DNA from: Vairimorpha necatrix
Taxonomy: Eukaryota
DNA: 64,000 nucleotides
Assembly (NCBI GenBank): GCA_036630325.1
Contig: CP142734.1
Location: 930,001-994,000 of the forward strand
Direction of reading: 5' to 3'
Below are positions 57,707-64,000 of the stretch, one piece after another; positions within the stretch are counted from its first letter, which is position 1, and every line of letters starts with the position of its first letter. A program made the position numbers and the translations under genes. The notes beneath the pieces are model-generated. The model was given only the letters and a program-made list of their open reading frames with translations, was not told the origin of the DNA and made no database searches.

Positions 57707-58403
57707 CATTTTTTGTGTAAATACTAATTGTTATATCATGTGAATTAAATTAATATTCAATCGTTAATTTTTTATGGTAAAATAAAAGCTATTTTCATTC
57801 AAATATAGTTATAGTGCTAAGCTGCAGATGTAATTAAAATTTCGACTTAGGATGATTAAAATTTGTTAAAGGTAATGTGCACAAATTTCTGTCTCTCAAT
57901 ATTATAAAAAAATACGTATATTGATTTTAAAACGTCTGTATTAAGAACCGATAGAATTATAATGCACTAAAAAGGTGTATATTCTAAATTTAAAATTTAA
58001 AAATTTTTTCACTAAATTTTATTTATGATTTAATTAGAATCTGATGAAAAGATTGATTTAATCACGTTTTCCCCTAAATTATTTTGTTCTTTAATTTGAT
58101 GTTTTAAAAAAATACAAAAAATGTTTATTATTTTGATAAATTGTAACTCTCTTATTTTATTATATGATTTCTTGTCATTAATAGGTATTGATTAGAACAT
58201 ATTTAGAGCATATTTTTAATTCAAAAGCAGAACCAAGCAATACGAATTTATAAGCCCTCCAGTTTAAGTCGTTTATGAAAACCAATAAGCATTACCGATA
58301 GTAATCGATTTTGAGAATTTAATTTTTATAGGATCGTTTTTAGATGTTCCAAATAAATAGTACTTATTTTATTAATGAATAGTTTTTTTATACCATCCCC
58401 TTA

Positions 58404-59075
58404 ATGAGTAGAAAAATTATTGTTGTTGTAGGATTGTTAACATTAAGTTCTGCGGCAATCATACTTTTATTATCATGCTCTCAAAAGATCGGCGTTGCTG
58501 TCATAACTGACCAGTATATTGGGAAACTGAATATCGACGATGCAGTGAAAGAATTAGCAGCTAGATTTCCCGGACACACTCAAGAGCAATATAAACTTAC
58601 ATTAATAGCGCTAAGAATATATTCTGACGTAAGAACTAGCTGGCTACGTGATGACGAGGCAAACACAAATTTCTGTATGGATAAAAATGTAGTTGATAAT
58701 TTTTTGTCTTCGCTGGGCAAAGATATTTTTTTGAAAGAAAATGGAATAAAAGAATGTTTTAGTAGCAGTAGAGATGTTCGTTTCGAATGTATCAATCGAT
58801 TATTTTATTTATTATTTCAAAACGACGATATTCACAAACTAGTTGGTTCAATGTGGAAATATCATAAAGAACCATTTGCATCATTGAAAAGATTTGTAGA
58901 AAAAAAATGGGACGAAGATTTTATATTAAGACTTCACGAATATAAAATAAAACATGTGTGTAAAGGAAAAGAACGAGATGTGGGAGTCGATGATTACGTT
59001 TGGGGAGTTTTATTTGCGTTTTTAAGCTTACTTAATGTTAAAAATACTGCAAAGTTTTTTAATTTTGAAAGTTAA
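58404..59075 (+). CDS. Family A signal-anchored protein, copy 3 (223 aa)
   Basis: CCCC upstream; RKIIVVVGLL anchor; ITDQYI..LNID.AV.EL, LIALRIYSDVR, KENGIKEC, YVWGVLF. Confidence 0.82.
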   Translation: MSRKIIVVVGLLTLSSAAIILLLSCSQKIGVAVITDQYIGKLNIDDAVKELAARFPGHTQEQYKLTLIALRIYSDVRTSWLRDDEANTNFCMDKNVVDNFLSSLGKDIFLKENGIKECFSSSRDVRFECINRLFYLLFQNDDIHKLVGSMWKYHKEPFASLKRFVEKKWDEDFILRLHEYKIKHVCKGKERDVGVDDYVWGVLFAFLSLLNVKNTAKFFNFES

Positions 59076-60277
59076 ATACTTTAAGTAAAAGTTTTATTTA
59101 ATATTATGTGTTTGTGTTTGAAAGAGTATTTTATCAAATTTTATATTGTTTTATAAATGCATTTTCAATTTTTTGTTATTATTAGCTTTTTGCTTCTAAA
59201 CACTTATTTTAATAATGTTGATTTTAAATACTTTCGCACTAATATGTATTTATTACAATATATTTTATATATTTCGTAAAGTTTTCTACGCAAATTATTT
59301 GTAAAAATACATATATTTCATTCTCATACAGTTTCACTAATCTAAAAAAACATCGTGGTATGCACATAACGTCTCTAGTTTTATTTGTAAACCAATTCAT
59401 CTCATCCTTATCAAATTCAATTATTTTTAGGGTATTATGACAATTTATTTATTGGTTTTTATTGTACGACGAATAGCTTTTGCCTATTTAAATTCAAAGT
59501 TTCAATATAAAACAAAGCGTGACAGTTCAGCTTGACTCTTATGTAAACTTTGTATTTTCCTAATATTTAACTTAAAATATTTCCAGGAGTTTTAGATTCT
59601 AAATAAACTTTTGAGACATTTTTATAATTAATAACAATTTATTAATTAAGCTTTTTAAAATATTTTCAAAAACTTATTGATAACAATCAAAATTTTTTAT
59701 GGATTTTTGAAGTATTTAATACATTCCTATGATCATATATCATCATCTAATATAAAAAGAAAAATATTAAAGTTAGAGTGGGGGTGTTGACAACTTTATT
59801 GTGTTGGCATGACAATCAGCTTAGAAAGGATCGTCTTATAATATCTTTGTGATATTTTACGCTAAGATGATTTATTATTATTGACTTAACGTTAAATTTA
59901 TTATACATAAATAGTTATTCAAAGATTCTTATTATTTTTTTTCATTTTTGAACAAACAAAACATGTTTTAAAAATTTTCACGTATAGACGTTTTACTGTA
60001 TATTGATTGCATATTAGTATCTTAATCGTTCTTTAACCCTTTCAAAAAAAATTTAAAATTCTTGAATACACATAAAGCAAAAAATATACTTCAACCACTT
60101 TACTTTACAATCGTAAATTATAATAATTTTTCTTATTTTATACTGTAAATCTAATTGCGCATTATTCCGTAAGGAATAATCGCTTTTTCCTGCGTATTCT
60201 TCAGAATGATCTCAAGAATAACTTTCGATTATTTTTTTTTAATATACTCTATCTTGTAGCAAATATACAATTAGTAA

Positions 60278-60508
60278 TGTCAAGTGAAAAATCTCACGTG
60301 GACCTAAGATTACCCCGGAGACTAGAAAATACTATTATAAGTATTCTCCTTCTTTTGCCAATTATGTTTATGGAGGAAAAATGTGTAATATTTTTACGCC
60401 TTTAAACATATAATAAATTCATCAAGAGAGGCATGAAGATGAATAGAAATAATAAATGTTTTAAGTACAAACCGTCTTCTCGGACTGAGGGAGAACCATC
60501 AGTCCACA
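60278..60508 (+). mobile_element. Solo LTR related to the 45719-48145 element
   Basis: 231 bp, TGTCAAGTGA..CAGTCCACA; TSD AGTAA at 60273-60277 and 60509-60513. Confidence 0.92.
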
Positions 60509-62840
60509 AGTAATGTTGTTCTTTAATGTAATATCAATAAATCAAGGCTATATATCGAATTAATATCGCTTATTAATTTTCCTATTTTGGCATTTACTTT
60601 TTTGTTGAAACCACCAATTGTTTGATGCTACTAACAAATTTATATTAATCATTGTATTATATCAATGCCATTTTCATTATAAAATTACTTTCATCTAGAA
60701 ATACAATAATCCTGTGAATGAACTAATTCAAATCTAGAATTTGAAACAATATAACCCGATTTTTAATGTCATATAAATCGATAATCGGAAGTTAAAGGTA
60801 AATACTGACAATTATAGAACAATTAAGATAGTTGTTCATAACTTATAAAGCCTAAAATTTAGACTTAAATAAACACGTATAAATAATTGAGACAGAATAA
60901 TTAAAAAGTATTAAATACATGAAAAATATAAAAATTTTAATTTTACGAATAGCTTTTTGTTATTTGACACTCTCATGTATAGTCTAGATATTAAAAATAC
61001 TACTTCCAAATTTATAATTCGATAAGAGTTTTCGTCTTGTTTTCGAGGTATTTTTTGTGTTGTTTTAAACGTTATTTATTGTTACTGTTCTTTAAATTCT
61101 CGATAACTGCTCTTTTTATATGTAATCGTGATATTTTTGCGAAATGGTGCCATTTTTATTCTCATTTTTAATCTCATAAAAAAAAAATTTAAATATTAAT
61201 TATAGAGGTAATTTGCATTAATAAAGTTATTGGGATTATATACTTTATCGTATCTATACTAAAACTTAAAATTCTCAGTAAATTTTAACTTTCATTTAAG
61301 AATAAAATAAACATTTAAAAAAATATGTAAACATCATATCATCAATGTTTAATAAAATTGTGCGATGTGTGCGTCTAATGTTTTATTATCTTGTTTTACT
61401 ATTTACCACATTCAATACAGTACATAAAGTCTTAATTATATTGTTTTTTATCCGTATAATGATTTTTAAAATTCATATACTATGGTGTGTGTCTCTAATT
61501 ATTCTATATGATATTTCAGTCTTTATTATGCCTATTTTTTAAATATATTATAGAGAATACATTTTGTATCTATGTTATAATAATACAACTAAGATGCCTT
61601 AATTTCTTATATATAATGTTAAAATTGCCTATATTAATGACAAAAATGTTTTCTTATGGTCCTTTTTATTTTTACAAATATCTCTTATTAAAATCACTTT
61701 ATTATACACTTTGCCCCCGTAATTCTTAAAATTCCTTTATGTTCTACTAGTCATCAAATTTTCTGATTGGTTTCTGCGATTTTTCTTTTTGGTCGGCATT
61801 GGCAGCATATAATGTTTAAATAATGAGAGAAATAAAGTCTTTGTTTTACATTTACAAAAATATTATGCACTATCACCATGCCTATTATGTATGTTATATA
61901 GTTAAGAAATCCTACAATATAAATGAGTTAAAAAATTTTGAAAGTGATTATAATAGACAATTATACTAATATTTTAATACAATCAGTGGAATAACGACCG
62001 TTTCAATTCTATTTTTATTGTATTATGTTTATCTTTCAGTGAAAATAAAAAAAAATTTACAATATATTGCATAACCAACAAATTTTAACTTTTATATCTT
62101 TCATGTAATTTGTACAAATCAAGCCTTTCCGAGAACTTTTACGTAAAATTTAATCAAGTCGATTTTTAAAATTTTTGCATGTTTTAATTCAAAAAAAATG
62201 TTATTTTTTATTTACCTGTTTTTACTTTCGTACTAAAACGCTGGTTGCCCATCTTTCTGGACTATATAAATGTTTTTCAAAGTCAAATTTAGATATTTAA
62301 CTGCATCTTTGAAGATTAGACGGTTAGAAGTTTTTAACAACTACTTTTTGATGTATTCGTTTGAATATTTTGATAAAACAAAGTACACTAATATTCTAAA
62401 TTGCATAGTTTTGAAATAATAACTGAACTCAAATTGTTGTTGCGTACAATTACAAGATGTAATATATCAATGAAAAAAGATTAATTTTATAATAGCAAGA
62501 ACTTTGCATTCTCATTTAATAAAGTTAAAAAATTTATTTAAATTAAAGATTTGTCGAGATAATCAATTCATCTTTTAAATTTTTTTTAATATTTATAAAT
62601 TTAGATTAAATTTTATATATACGTATTTTCTACCTTAAATTTTTATAAGACAACAAAATCTAAAAAATTTACACTGTTTATTTCAAAACTCTCAAATATT
62701 GCTATATTTTTTTTGATGTTGAAGTTTAAAAATAATTTAAACACATTTGTCTTTTTTAAAACCATTATTTTTCATAATATTTTGAAGTATATTACATTAT
62801 AACTTTACAAAAATGCTCATGTAATTTTTTTACATATACT

Positions 62841-63362
62841 TTATTCACTATTATTTTGTAAAGTATTATAATACGCTATAGTACTATGTAACAATGATTC
62901 TCCTCTACTAGTATACTTTTTAAACACATAAGAATTAACTCTACTCATAATTTCCTCTCTATTTACACTTTCACTTATTTTTTTAAATTCTTCACAACTT
63001 GATTTTTCATATCCAACAAGTGACAATAAAGGTTTATCACTCAGATTTGTAAAATACTTTTTGGCGAATTCAATTCCTTCTTGTACTTTGTCATTAGATA
63101 TGAAGTCTATAAACGACAACTTAGCCAATTTAACAAATAGCTCGTCTTCACATGACAGAAAATCTTTCATGTATAGGAAGGCGTTATGGGACTCGTTGTT
63201 TTTTATAAAAAATATTAAGTTCCGCCTTGTTGACATGTCGTTTAATACCTCTTTATCTTCTTTGTTGTTAAGAAGAGTAAAAGTGGTTTCTGAACAAGAG
63301 AAATGAAGATGATCTTGGATGATCTTTTTTAAGACTAGTTTGATTTCTTTGTGTTTTTCCAT
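62841..63362 (-). CDS. LisH/CTLH/CRA protein, GID8/TWA1-like subunit of the CTLH (GID) E3 ligase
   Basis: LKKIIQDHL (LisH), RRNLIFFIKN...AF (CTLH), LFVKLAKLSFIDFI...EGIEFAK..LSLVGY..REEIMSRVN (CRA). Confidence 0.75.
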   Translation of the reverse strand: MEKHKEIKLVLKKIIQDHLHFSCSETTFTLLNNKEDKEVLNDMSTRRNLIFFIKNNESHNAFLYMKDFLSCEDELFVKLAKLSFIDFISNDKVQEGIEFAKKYFTNLSDKPLLSLVGYEKSSCEEFKKISESVNREEIMSRVNSYVFKKYTSRGESLLHSTIAYYNTLQNNSE

Positions 63363-63625
63363 TTGAGCGAAGGGCAGTTGAAAGATAAAAAAATATATGA
63401 AAAAATTATAAAAAAATTATTTTTGTTAATTTTATCAATTAAGGTAATTTATAAAAAAAAATATTTGTTTTGTTTTTTTATAGAATATGATCTGTAATGT
63501 AAATATATTCGATAAGATATATTAAAACATTATTGATTTACAGTAATACATTTTTTATACTAGTAATAATTATTAACATTCATTTTATAAAATATTATTT
63601 ACAAATTATTATTAATTATTGTTTA

Positions 63626-64000
63626 TTAAATTACTTTTGATAAATATGTAAATAAACTTCCCCACACTACTTCACAAGCACTCATGTCTTTATTTATATC
63701 GTTTATAGTTACCGCCAGCATAGTTTTGTTTATAGTTTCTATAACATCTTTATATTTTTCTTCGACTTTCTTTTTTAATAGTGCAAATGGTTCCCAAGTA
63801 TATTCTTTGAAATCATTAGGAAGGTTTATTCTCTCAGAAGGCGTTATTAGTAAATTTAAATATTCCTTAACAAACTTATATGATTCATCTTTACTTTCAA
63901 GACATTCTTCAATTCCATTCTTCCTTGAAAATACAAAATTATTCAGCGACAACATAAAATTATCAATTATTATCTTTTTTATTGGTAATTCGTTTTCTAT
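63626..64000 (-). CDS. Family A protein, copy 4 (5' part runs off the window)
   Basis: IENELPIKKIIIDNFMLSL..KNGIEECLESK..VVWGSLFTYL; closest to 1908-2570. Confidence 0.8.
   Translation of the reverse strand: MENELPIKKIIIDNFMLSLNNFVFSRKNGIEECLESKDESYKFVKEYLNLLITPSERINLPNDFKEYTWEPFALLKKKVEEKYKDVIETINKTMLAVTINDINKDMSACEVVWGSLFTYLSKVI

Noticed and set aside
61345-61729. Short hydrophobic ORFs (also 6040, 31838, 32631, 42118, 43841, 48914, 54070)
   Set aside because: Typical chance ORFs in very AT-rich DNA; no CCC start motif or homology seen

Overview
Very AT-rich eukaryotic DNA with intron-less genes, most preceded by an A/T tract plus a CCC motif just before the ATG. This points to a microsporidian parasite of the Nosema/Vairimorpha type (inference). 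A compact housekeeping island at about 6.4-16.9 kb holds an amino-acid permease, a Mutator-derived SWIM/AT-hook protein, proteasome beta7, an 879-aa repeat-plus-membrane protein, a Utp13-like WD40 protein, ribosomal protein eS1 and tRNA-Leu(UAA). The rest is gene-poor and transposon-rich. It carries five Merlin (IS1595/ISXO2-like) DNA transposons (one intact), three full-length Ty3/Gypsy-type LTR elements plus a solo LTR, six non-LTR (RLE) retrotransposon remnants, a decayed Ginger-like integrase, two lineage-specific secreted/anchored gene families and a GID8-like gene. The most unusual observations are: (1) LTR retrotransposons with tiny 48-64 bp LTRs whose gag start codon appears to be formed by the LTR/PBS junction; (2) a young non-autonomous LTR element with one intact gag-protease-dead-RT ORF that starts inside the LTR and has a PBS matching the tRNA-Leu encoded in this window; (3) a probably domesticated MULE transposase; (4) a permease-like membrane domain carrying a roughly 450-aa charged helical stalk; (5) a secreted protein with cysteines in a strict 11-residue register. 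All calls are from reading the sequence; no searches were run.
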